From Thermoanaerobaculia bacterium (GTDB lineage Bacteria > Acidobacteriota > Thermoanaerobaculia > Multivoradales > Multivoraceae): a DNA stretch of 64,000 nt. Of this stretch, positions 1 through 8,479 are shown in pieces (position 1 is the first letter of the stretch; every line of letters begins with the position of its first letter). The stretch lies in NCBI GenBank assembly GCA_963664405.1, contig OY761158.1, positions 5,504,001 through 5,568,000 of the forward strand, read 5' to 3'. The notes beneath the pieces are model-generated. The model had not been told where the DNA came from, searched no databases, and saw only the letters and a list, made by a program, of their open reading frames with translations. A program made the translations under genes and the position numbers.

Positions 1-2
1 GT

Positions 3-131
3 CAGGCGGCGGCTGAGTTACCGGTGTCAGCCCGGGTCGTCACCATTCTTCCAGACTCTGGGTCCCGCTATCTGAGCACGATCTACAGCGACGAATGGAT
101 GCGCGAGCACGGGTTCTTGGACGACGAGTAG
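3..131 (+). CDS. 3' end of a cysteine synthase/cystathionine beta-synthase family PLP enzyme (partial, runs off the window start)
   Basis: Manual translation gives ...RVVTILPDSGSRYLSTIYSDEWMREHGFLDDE*, the typical CBS/CysK C-terminus. Confidence 0.75.
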   Translation, partial: QAAAELPVSARVVTILPDSGSRYLSTIYSDEWMREHGFLDDE

Positions 132-142
132 ACGCGGCGGGG

Positions 143-1294
143 CTATGGGCTGAAGCGGAGAATGGTCTCGATCACTTCGCTCTGTTCCTGCTCCGAGATC
201 TCGTTGTAGAAGGGCAAGCGCACCAGGCGCCGGCTGGTGCGCTCCGCCACGGGACACTCCCCGCCGCCGAGGCGCCGGCCCACAGGGGACTGATTGAGGG
301 GGAGGTAATGGAACACCGCGAGGATTCCCTGCGCTCGTAGGTGAGAGATGAGACCCTGGCGTGACTCGTCCGAGGGCATCAGCATGTAGTAGAGATGGTA
401 GGCCTGTTCGCAGTGGGCCGGTATCACCGGCGGTCGCACGTCGTTGGTCTCAGCCCAGTCCGCCAGCCGATCGTTGTAGCAGGACCAGATTTCGCTCCGT
501 CGCTGTTGAATCCCTCGCCATTGCTCGAGCTGGCCGTAGAGGAAGGCAGCCAGCACATCGGACATGACATAGCTCGAGCCCTCGTCTACCCAGGTGTAGC
601 ACTCGATCTCGCCGCGGAAGAAACGGCTGCGGTCCGTGCCCTTCTCACGCAGCACTTCCGCTCGCTTCAGCCACCGATCGTCATTCAGCAAGAGCGCACC
701 GCCCTCGCCGCAGGTGATGTTCTTGGTTTCGTGAAAGCTCTGGGCGGCGAGCCCGCCGAGTGTGCCCAGCGAGCGCCCGCGGTATTTGCCGAAGAGGCCA
801 TGGGCGTTGTCTTCGATGATCACCAACCCGTGGCGATCGGCGATCTCCTGGATTGCGTCCATCTCGCAGCCCACTCCGCCGTAGTGGACCGGGACCACTG
901 CCTTGGTGCGAGGGGTAATGAGGTCTTCTAGAAGACCCTCGTCGACATTGAGGGTATCGCTGCGAATGTCCACGAAGACCGGCTTTGCGCCGCGAGAAAG
1001 AAACGCGTTCGCTGTCGAGACGAAAGTAAAGGCGGGCACCAGCACTTCGTCGCCCGGCTCGGGCTCGAGCAGATAGGCCGCGAGCTCGAGGGCGTGTGTG
1101 CACGAGGTGGTGAGCAGCGCGCGGCGAGCGCCGGTTACTTCCTCGAGGATCGCCTCGCATCTGCGAGTGAAGGTCTGATCTCCGGCGATCTGTCCGACCT
1201 GCAGTGTCTCGGCGATGTACTGCAGCTCTTTGCCCATCGTCGACGAGCGGTTGAAAGGAATACGAATCGGCGGGGGAGAGGGTGGAGGGCTCAT
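143..1294 (-). CDS. wecE: dTDP-4-amino-4,6-dideoxygalactose transaminase (DegT/DnrJ family)
   Basis: LLTTSCTHALE, IIEDNAHG, SFHETKNITCGEGG, EKGTDRSRFFRG and AVFHYLPL motifs of RffA/WecE. Confidence 0.85.
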   Translation of the reverse strand: MSPPPSPPPIRIPFNRSSTMGKELQYIAETLQVGQIAGDQTFTRRCEAILEEVTGARRALLTTSCTHALELAAYLLEPEPGDEVLVPAFTFVSTANAFLSRGAKPVFVDIRSDTLNVDEGLLEDLITPRTKAVVPVHYGGVGCEMDAIQEIADRHGLVIIEDNAHGLFGKYRGRSLGTLGGLAAQSFHETKNITCGEGGALLLNDDRWLKRAEVLREKGTDRSRFFRGEIECYTWVDEGSSYVMSDVLAAFLYGQLEQWRGIQQRRSEIWSCYNDRLADWAETNDVRPPVIPAHCEQAYHLYYMLMPSDESRQGLISHLRAQGILAVFHYLPLNQSPVGRRLGGGECPVAERTSRRLVRLPFYNEISEQEQSEVIETILRFSP

Positions 1295-2283
1295 GGTTGG
1301 TGAGTGCCGTCACCATCTTCCGTGCCGGCGACGGATCGGACGACGTAGGGGGGTCGATCCATCAAGCGAAAATGCATTCGCGCCAGGTACTCGCCGATGA
1401 TGCCGAGCGCGAAGAGTTGAGCTCCGGAGAAGATGACGATGATCGAGGCTAAGAAAGGAAAGCCCGGAACACTTCCGCCAGCCATGACGTAGCGCACCAA
1501 AACGTAGGCGAGAACCAACATACCGAAGACGGTGAAACCGAAACCGACCCAGCTCGCCAACTGAAGTGGCAAGGTGCTGAAGCCGGTGATCATGTTGAGG
1601 GCGTGGGCGACCAACCTCCCGACGGTGTAGTTCGATTCTCCGATCGCCCGCTCTCGATGATCCACAGTGACCGATCCGAAGCGCTTGCTGGCCCAGGTCA
1701 ATAGCACGTCGATCGAGACGAAGGGCGCGCGATAACGGTCGAAAGCGTCGCGAAGCTCGGTGCGAAAGGCTCGAAACGCACTGACTTGTTGGGCTGTCTT
1801 GACGCCTATGCTGGTGCGCAATGCGAGCTTGGTGAACCGCGACGCCAGGTTGCGCAGCAGGCCGTGTTGCTCGACTTCGGGGGTGCCGTAGACGACATCG
1901 AACCCCTCCTCGAGCCTGGCGAGTAGCTTGGGGATCTCCTCCGGCGGGTGCTGGAGGTCGTCGTCGATGGTTATGGTGATGGGGTGCCGGCTGGACCGGA
2001 TGCCACACAAAACGGCGTTGTGTTGGCCATAGTTGCGCATGAAGTCGATCCCGCGAACCTCAGGAACCTGGTGGGCGAGGTCGACAATGGTGCTCCAAGT
2101 CGCGTCATTGCTGCCGTCGTTGACGATGACGATCTCGAAGGCGGGAGCCGTTTGTTCGAGAACCGTGCGCAATCTGGAGACCAGTTCCGCGAGGGTCTCG
2201 CTGCTCTTGAAGGCCGGAATGACGACCGAGATGGCTGTTCCCGAGGAGCCGGGGGGGGTCGGGTCATCCTCGCTCTGCCCCAT
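1291..2283 (-). CDS. GT2 polyprenol-phosphate glycosyltransferase (ArnC/GtrB-like)
   Basis: SVVIPAF, IVNDGSND, RNYGQHNA, TIDDDLQHPPEEI and two C-terminal TM helices; 4-nt overlap with wecE. Confidence 0.85.
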   Translation of the reverse strand: MGQSEDDPTPPGSSGTAISVVIPAFKSSETLAELVSRLRTVLEQTAPAFEIVIVNDGSNDATWSTIVDLAHQVPEVRGIDFMRNYGQHNAVLCGIRSSRHPITITIDDDLQHPPEEIPKLLARLEEGFDVVYGTPEVEQHGLLRNLASRFTKLALRTSIGVKTAQQVSAFRAFRTELRDAFDRYRAPFVSIDVLLTWASKRFGSVTVDHRERAIGESNYTVGRLVAHALNMITGFSTLPLQLASWVGFGFTVFGMLVLAYVLVRYVMAGGSVPGFPFLASIIVIFSGAQLFALGIIGEYLARMHFRLMDRPPYVVRSVAGTEDGDGTHQP

Positions 2284-2881
2284 GGATGAATGATAGCGCG
2301 GCTGTGGATCTGTGAGCGGTCGAGGCGATCTCGATCGGGGTGATCAGGCGTGGGCCCGCGCTGCGTCTGATGCCGGCGGCGCGCTGGGAAAGCTGCAGCA
2401 GAAACGTGCGCGCGGCCGGACGAGATCGGCGACCTCGCTCGCGCCCTGGAGCCAGCGCTAAGAACTGAGCCAAGGTGTAGTGGCCGGTGGTGCCTACTAG
2501 GAAGAATAGAGGCAGCGAGAGAGCGGCCCAGACAATTGACGTCGTAGACAGCGCCGTGGCCTGCAACGCAGCCGACTGGGCAAGGCTCATGGGCCGCGTC
2601 GCCTTGACGGTTTGCAGCACGTGAAAGGAAGGAAAGCACAGGGCCGTGGTGCCGAGAAGGAGAAGCGGCACTTTCACGCCGGAGGAAAACAGCTGAGGGA
2701 GTGAAGCTCCGTAGCTACCCAGGGCGACCCCGAAGACGATGCCGCAACCGACCGTTGCCACGAGGCTTTGCCGCAGCACTACCCCCAGATTGTGCTCCTC
2801 CTGGAGCTGAGACAGGTGATCCTTCTCCCCTCGTAGTACATCACCGAAGGCCGGAATCCATCGCTGCGTCGTTTCATTCAT
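2264..2881 (-). pseudogene. Multi-pass membrane protein, apparently truncated or fused near 2450
   Basis: AGGAGG RBS and hydrophobic helices (KVPLLLLGTTALCFPSFHVL) up to TLAQFLALA, then an abrupt change to Arg-rich non-protein-like sequence overlapping the next gene. Confidence 0.45.
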
Positions 2882-3006
2882 CTCGATCCTCCTCGCTCGT
2901 TTGGCGAGAAGAAATTAGCGCTGCGATGTGGAGAATGTATGGAGGTTCCTGGGAGACCTCGTGGGGCTAGAAACCCGTAGTCGCTGGCGGAGTGGTCGAA
3001 GACGAC

Positions 3007-3172
3007 CTGGACCAGCGTTTCCAAAGTTCGCGCACATATCTCGGCCCCTTCTGTCCGCTGGCGGCGTTTCGCCTCCTCGACATATTGCCCAATATGCCTG
3101 CGTCGGCGCGCCTGGCCAGCGAACAGAATGAGCTCGAGCTATGCAGCACGAACTTTGGAAACGCTGATCTAG
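3007..3172. mobile_element. MITE-like palindromic element, family A copy 1 (166 bp including both CTAG-type ends)
   Basis: CTGGACCAGCGTTTCCAAAGTTCG...CGAACTTTGGAAACGCTGATCTAG; 8 mismatches to the reverse complement of 27561-27726; right CTAG supplies the TAG stop of the 3169..3675 gene. Confidence 0.85.
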
Positions 3173-3675
3173 TCGCTGGCGAGTTTGGTGCCGCGGCGGT
3201 AGTAGCGTTGGTGCCAGATGCCGTCCTGGGACTCGCCTTCGATCGGCATCCGCCAGCTACGGACCCGCGCCTGGTCGAGCCGAAGTCGGTAGAGCCCACG
3301 CGGCTGGTCGATCGTGTCTTCGATGTAGGTGTCCGCCATCTCCGGGGGGCCGTAGCGCAGTGCCATTCGGCGATAGCGGTCGCGCCACTCGTCGTCGTTG
3401 CCGATGTCGTAGATCAGCTCCGCCTCTCCCTGGACGATCAGCTTGCGATAGGGAAGCAGCGACTCATCGATACAGAGGCAGACCCGAGGATCCCGTCTCA
3501 GGTGTCGGAACCACTCTGAGCTCTCACGTGGCGTGAACCAGATCGAGCCCTCTTCGTGGAGAAGCCAGATCGGTGTCACCAGTGGGCTTCCATCCGGCCC
3601 CACGGTTGCGATTCTCATCAGCACTCCTGGCTCGTCGAGGAGCCCCATCTGCTCTTCGTCTGTCATTTTGGGCAT
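3169..3675 (-). CDS. Pyridoxamine 5'-phosphate oxidase (PPOX/FDOR) family protein
   Basis: MRIATVGPDGSPLVTPIW and HLRRDPRVCLCID split-barrel motifs; TAGAAT box 6 nt upstream of ATG. Confidence 0.75.
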   Translation of the reverse strand: MPKMTDEEQMGLLDEPGVLMRIATVGPDGSPLVTPIWLLHEEGSIWFTPRESSEWFRHLRRDPRVCLCIDESLLPYRKLIVQGEAELIYDIGNDDEWRDRYRRMALRYGPPEMADTYIEDTIDQPRGLYRLRLDQARVRSWRMPIEGESQDGIWHQRYYRRGTKLASD

Positions 3676-3769
3676 GAGGTGATTCTAGCTCTTGTGGAGG
3701 TAATATTGGTGCCGCTCGGAGACGGCCGCTCTCGTTTTGGGGCCGTGAGCGAGAAGGAGAGCAGCTGTC

Positions 3770-5095
3770 GTGGAGCTCCTAGAAGAGTTGAGAGAGCGTG
3801 GACTGATCCACCAGATCGCGGAGCACGAGGAGGCGCCTTTGGGGAAGCTTCTCGAAACGCCTCAGTGTGTCTACGTGGGCTTTGATCCCAGCGCATCGAG
3901 CCTCCACGTCGGAAATCTGATTCCGCTGCTCGGGCTGAAGCGCTTTCAGGAAGCTGGGCACAAGGTCATAGCACTTGCCGGCGGCGCAACCGGTATGGTG
4001 GGTGACCCCAGTGGACGAAGTCTGGAGCGGAATCTCCTCACCGAGGATCAACTCCACGAGAACCTGGCCTCGATCCGAGTGCAGCTGGAGCGGATCCTCG
4101 ATTTTTCCGGGAGTGGCGCCGAGTTGGTCGACAACCTCGATTGGACCCGAGGCGTCGGCTTTCTCGACTTCCTACGTGACATCGGCAAGCATTTCATGGT
4201 CAATTCGATGCTCCGCAAGGATTCGGTAAAGGGGCGCCTCGACCGCGAGGGCGAGGGGATCTCTTTCACCGAGTTCAGCTACATGCTTTTGCAGGCCTTC
4301 GATTTCTACTGGCTTAGCCGCGAGAAGGGCTGCACGATTCAAATCGGGGGCAGCGACCAGTGGGGGAATATCACCGCCGGCGTCGACTTGATTCGACGAA
4401 AACTGGGGAAGAAGGCTTACGGCCTGACCCTACCGCTGCTGACCAATAGTGACGGATCCAAGTTCGGTAAGAGCGCCGGTGGGGCCGTGTGGCTGGACCC
4501 TCGGCGCACGAGCCCGTTCGCCTTCCGGCAGTTTTGGTTCAGCACCGCAGACGCTGACGTCATGCGCTATCTGCGGTATTTCACCTTCCTACCCCTTGCA
4601 GAGCTTGCCGAGCTGGAGCGCGAGGTCCAGGCCGGCAGCGAGCCCAATGCCGCCCAACGCCGGCTGGCCCAGGTGATGACTGCCATGGTTCATGGTGAGG
4701 AGGAGGCGCAGAAGGTGGAGAAGGCGGCAGAGGTCTTGTTCAGCAAGGACGCCGATCTTCGGCGGGTGCCGGTCGAGTACCTCGGCGACGCTTTCGAGGG
4801 GGCACCGGTAACCGATCTGAATCGCGAGTGCTTCGCGGGTGAGGGCATGGGGTGGCTGGATCTGGTCCTTGCGGCGGTGCCCGATGACAAAGGGGAGACC
4901 TTGTCCAAAGCCGGGGCAAGACGACTGATCGAACAGAGCTCGTTGGCGCTCAATTCCACCAAGTTGAATGAGACTGAAGCGCGAGTGACGGCGGCGGATC
5001 TTCTTGGCGACCGCTATATCGTGATCCGCAAGGGAAAGCGCCACTATTTCTTGGTGCGCGCGCTAAGTGGCGCTACAGCCGTAGCCGACTCTTGA
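3770..5095 (+). CDS. tyrS: Tyrosine--tRNA ligase
   Basis: YVGFDPSASSLHVGNL (HIGH), GGATGMVGDPSG, QIGGSDQWGNI, KFGKS (KMSKS) and C-terminal S4-like domain with RKGKR. Confidence 0.97.
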   Translation: MELLEELRERGLIHQIAEHEEAPLGKLLETPQCVYVGFDPSASSLHVGNLIPLLGLKRFQEAGHKVIALAGGATGMVGDPSGRSLERNLLTEDQLHENLASIRVQLERILDFSGSGAELVDNLDWTRGVGFLDFLRDIGKHFMVNSMLRKDSVKGRLDREGEGISFTEFSYMLLQAFDFYWLSREKGCTIQIGGSDQWGNITAGVDLIRRKLGKKAYGLTLPLLTNSDGSKFGKSAGGAVWLDPRRTSPFAFRQFWFSTADADVMRYLRYFTFLPLAELAELEREVQAGSEPNAAQRRLAQVMTAMVHGEEEAQKVEKAAEVLFSKDADLRRVPVEYLGDAFEGAPVTDLNRECFAGEGMGWLDLVLAAVPDDKGETLSKAGARRLIEQSSLALNSTKLNETEARVTAADLLGDRYIVIRKGKRHYFLVRALSGATAVADS

Positions 5096-6059
5096 TCCGG
5101 CCTACAAGCGTGCGCGCCCAGGTCAGAGGACGCGCCGTGGGCGGTGGCTCCTGGTAGAGGAAACCGCCACCGACTTCGATCACTTGTGGCTCGGCCTCCG
5201 GCCAGCGGCGATCCCGTGGATAACCTTCCCGGGTCGAGAAGTGGACGACCAGAGAGCGGCGAGACCTCTCCGGATCCAGCACCGGCGTGCCTCCATGAAC
5301 GAGCGCCGCGTGCCACAAGAGGACATCGCCTTTGTTGGCTCTTAGAGTCAGAGCTTCGAGGCCGGATGACTCACAGGTCGACTTCATACGGCTTTCGAAG
5401 GCCTCGACCTCGGATTCGTCACCGGAGCTCCAGACGATGCCACCGTCGGCCCACTGATACTTTGGAAGGCGATGCGAGCCCGGGTAGTAGAGCAGAGGAC
5501 CGTTGTCGGCGTCGACATCTTCGCAGGCGATCCAGCAGCCGATGAGGTGGGACAGGATGCCGGCCTGCACGTAGGGAAAATCCTGGTGCAGATGCTGCTC
5601 GCTTCCGTATTCGAAGTACAGGCTCTGCATGGCTACCGGCGGCTGGCCGAGGAGAGTCGCTACGGCGTCGACGACGCCGGAGTGAAACGCGAGCCTCCGC
5701 GCTGCCTCTGAGGTGTCCTGAAAGTCCAGGACTCGGTAATGATGGTGGGTCAGCTCCGAGCGCGGCGCGACCTCGGGAAAGGGTTGTAGGCCTTTGCCCT
5801 CTACCATGACCTTGATCTCGGGTGGTCGCCGCTCCCATGCGTCCTCGATGTCGGCGAGGAAGGCGTCTATCAATCCGGGCTCGACTAAGTTCGGCAAATA
5901 GAGGAAGCCGTCCCGCTGCCAGAGGGCGGCGCGCTCGGCCTGCTCTACGCTCAGAATGCCAGCTTCGCGGCGACGCTCGAGCTCCGCGGGAAAGGACTCC
6001 CTATCGACCCAGGGTAGTGTTTCGTGCTCGAAATCGGGGGCCGCCACGTGTTGCTCCAA
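5073..6059 (-). CDS. Phytanoyl-CoA dioxygenase (PhyH) family Fe(II)/2-oxoglutarate oxygenase
   Basis: HQD and distal H (WHAALVHGG), WIACEDVDADNGPLLYYPGSH, RRSLVVH. Confidence 0.85.
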   Translation of the reverse strand: MEQHVAAPDFEHETLPWVDRESFPAELERRREAGILSVEQAERAALWQRDGFLYLPNLVEPGLIDAFLADIEDAWERRPPEIKVMVEGKGLQPFPEVAPRSELTHHHYRVLDFQDTSEAARRLAFHSGVVDAVATLLGQPPVAMQSLYFEYGSEQHLHQDFPYVQAGILSHLIGCWIACEDVDADNGPLLYYPGSHRLPKYQWADGGIVWSSGDESEVEAFESRMKSTCESSGLEALTLRANKGDVLLWHAALVHGGTPVLDPERSRRSLVVHFSTREGYPRDRRWPEAEPQVIEVGGGFLYQEPPPTARPLTWARTLVGRIKSRLRL

Positions 6060-6219
6060 ACAGAGTTCTGCTGGTTGTCGGACTTTACCCCCTATTCCCT
6101 CCGGTCCCGTAGCCTGGGGTTAGTGCTACCCCGAGGGAGAGTGCTCTTTCCGGCAATTCCTGCCACTATGCCGATGCGTCTCGCAGTCTTTTCTGTGATG
6201 AGCCTAGAAACAGTAAATC

Positions 6220-6296
6220 GGGGTCCAACGTCTCTTCAACGGAGCGTCGGGTGACCCCCCCGAGACTCTCTGCGTTCGACGGCTCGAGAGCGGGGT
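6220..6296 (+). ncRNA. Candidate structured 5' leader (riboswitch-like) of the TonB receptor operon
   Basis: Stem GGGGTC/GACCCC, second stem CCCG..CTCTC/GAGAG-CGGG, complementarity GAGCGTCG/CGACGGCTC between their loop regions; ends about 15 nt before a GAGGA RBS. Confidence 0.35.
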
Positions 6297-6323
6297 GTAT
6301 GTGCACCAACGAGGAACTACCGG

Positions 6324-8441
6324 ATGTTTGCTTTCCAGGACGGTGTACGGCGTTTAGAGATGAATATGTTTAGTAATTCCCACCATCAGTACGGAGCGTC
6401 GCGGTGGGTCGCGCTCTCGTTGCTGTGCCTCGCGCTTCTCTTTTGCGTCACGACTCCATCTGTCGGCCAGGAGGCGAGCGGTGACGGAGCCGAGGGTGAC
6501 GCCGAGGACCAAGAGGCTTCCACTCAGCCAGTGGTGGCCGAAGCTGCGGGCGAAGAAATCGTAGTCTGGGGCGATCGGCTCGAAGAATCGATTCCGCTCG
6601 AGCTCGAGCAATACGGTTCGCGTGTCGAGGTTGTCGAGAGTGAGCAAATCCGGGACAGCGGCTACATCGATGTCAGTCAGATCCCCCAGAGTGCTGTTCC
6701 GGGCCTGTACGTGGCCCAGAAGAACGGTCCCTTCGACTACGTCAACGCCTCACTGCAAGGGTCTCGAACCAAAGAGATTCTCTGGCTCGTCGATGGCGTG
6801 CGCATCTCGAATCGGCTCTACGACTCGACCACGCCGCTCGACACGCTGCCGGCCCACGTAGTCGAGCGCGTCGAGGTGCTCAAGGGTGGCCAGGGTCTCT
6901 TCTACGGCACTCAATCGGTGGGTGGTGTGATCAATGTGGTCACTCGGAGTCACACCGCCAAGAGCGATGGATCCATTTCGATCGGTTCCCACACCAACGA
7001 GGGAACCCAGGTCAACGGATCGGCGCGTGGAGGCAAAGGGGCACATCGCTTCGTCGCCTACGCCTCTGAGGACGATGCCGACGGGTTCCAGCCCTTTCGG
7101 GACTCCGACTACCAGCCGAGCTCGACCGATCGCGAGCGCGGCTATGACGTGCGGACTTTCGGGGGTCGCTACCGAGGAGGCCTCGGTTCGCAACTGTTGA
7201 TCTCGGCTCAGCTGCAGCAAACCGATGCACAGCTGGATTTCGCAGCGGCCGAAGATCGCGCCGTGTCCTTCAACGAGCGAGACGAAGTGATCTCTTCGTT
7301 GAAGCTGGATTGGAGCCCGAACCCCCGTTTCGATCTCTATGCCAAGGGCTATTGGCACGACTGGGACTCGACCTTCACCCGGGTCGACAACGATCTGGCA
7401 GTGCCTGGCGGCTTGACCACGATTTACGATCACGCGATCTGGCAGTTTGAAGACACTGGGCTCAACGTCGTCGGCGAGGTCGACCTGAGTGACGAAGCGA
7501 CGCTTCTGTTCGGGTACGACTACCAGCGCTACGAGGGGCGGGATGATGTTTTCCTCATCGGAGAGCAGGCGGAGAGCGTCAATGCTCTTTTCACTCAGGC
7601 GCGGTTCGACTTCGATGTCCTCGACGGCCTCGGCTTTGCTGTCGGAGCGCGCCACAACGAGCCCTCGGACGGTCAGAACAAGACCATCTGGAATCTCGCC
7701 GGCGAGGTTGCGCTCAATGACAAGTACTACACGCGGGCGCAGGTCGGCACCTCTTTTCGGCTGCCCTCCGCATACGAGCTCTATGTCATCGACCCCTGCT
7801 GCGAGAAGGGCAACCCCAACCTGGTCGGCGAGGAGAGCTTCAACGCGGAGGCCGGAGTAGGGGGGCGGCACAGCCGTTTCCACTGGGAAGTGAACTCTTT
7901 TTATCGCAACGTCGAGGACTTGATCAGCATCGACTTCGACCTGCCGGATTTCCCCGATGGCCTCATCGTCAACACCGATGCCGAAGTCGGTGTGCTCGGT
8001 TATGAAGTGATCGCCGGCTTCAGCTTCACGGATTCGCTTTCGATGTCGTTCTCCAGCATGCGCAATGAGGCCGAAGCGAAGGGGAGCTCCGATCAGATCC
8101 CCGACGTTCCCCTCGATACCTCCAAGCTCTCGCTGACCTGGCGTCCCGGTTCGCTCCCGCTGGCCTTCCTCGCCGGAGTCAATCACGTCGGTGATGTTTT
8201 CGACACGGTGGGTGGCGGCGTTGGGCGTGTCGAGCACGGCAATTACACGGTTCTGGATCTCGCCGCCTCCTATACCTTGGCCGAGCGCCACCGCATTGGC
8301 GTGCGGCTCGAGAATGTCTTCGATGAGGAGTACGACACTCGGGTCGTCCGTGTACGTCGCGACATCGACGGGAGCTCTTACGGAGCCGGTACCCTGGGCT
8401 TGCCGCGCACGCTCTATGTAAGCTACGGCTTCCTGTTCTGA
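6324..8441 (+). CDS. TonB-dependent outer-membrane receptor (BtuB-like fold, ligand unknown)
   Basis: Signal peptide, TonB box EEIVVWG, plug motif LVDGVRI...VERVEVLKGGQGLFYG, C-terminal LENVFDEEY...PRTLYVSYGFLF; start could alternatively be 6360. Confidence 0.9.
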   Translation: MFAFQDGVRRLEMNMFSNSHHQYGASRWVALSLLCLALLFCVTTPSVGQEASGDGAEGDAEDQEASTQPVVAEAAGEEIVVWGDRLEESIPLELEQYGSRVEVVESEQIRDSGYIDVSQIPQSAVPGLYVAQKNGPFDYVNASLQGSRTKEILWLVDGVRISNRLYDSTTPLDTLPAHVVERVEVLKGGQGLFYGTQSVGGVINVVTRSHTAKSDGSISIGSHTNEGTQVNGSARGGKGAHRFVAYASEDDADGFQPFRDSDYQPSSTDRERGYDVRTFGGRYRGGLGSQLLISAQLQQTDAQLDFAAAEDRAVSFNERDEVISSLKLDWSPNPRFDLYAKGYWHDWDSTFTRVDNDLAVPGGLTTIYDHAIWQFEDTGLNVVGEVDLSDEATLLFGYDYQRYEGRDDVFLIGEQAESVNALFTQARFDFDVLDGLGFAVGARHNEPSDGQNKTIWNLAGEVALNDKYYTRAQVGTSFRLPSAYELYVIDPCCEKGNPNLVGEESFNAEAGVGGRHSRFHWEVNSFYRNVEDLISIDFDLPDFPDGLIVNTDAEVGVLGYEVIAGFSFTDSLSMSFSSMRNEAEAKGSSDQIPDVPLDTSKLSLTWRPGSLPLAFLAGVNHVGDVFDTVGGGVGRVEHGNYTVLDLAASYTLAERHRIGVRLENVFDEEYDTRVVRVRRDIDGSSYGAGTLGLPRTLYVSYGFLF

Positions 8442-8479
8442 AGAAAGTCTTCAGGGCCGGCCTGGCAGGCAACCGACCC

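Noticed and set aside
2928-3519. ORFs 2928..3131, 2967..3299 and 2992..3519, and similar ORFs at 27440-27872 and 38322-38838 that share peptides
   Set aside because: The shared peptides are translations of the family A element. The ORFs otherwise overlap real genes on the opposite strand or in another frame.
6060-6323. Cobalamin riboswitch expected before a BtuB-like receptor
   Set aside because: No B12-box or GGGAA...CCCGCAACTGT-type consensus is visible. The region is reported as an unassigned structure instead.
6750-8291. Long antisense ORFs (for example 6750..8291, 20761..22248, 25069..26205, 15505..16557)
   Set aside because: Shadow frames of well-supported genes in high-GC DNA, with no recognisable motifs.
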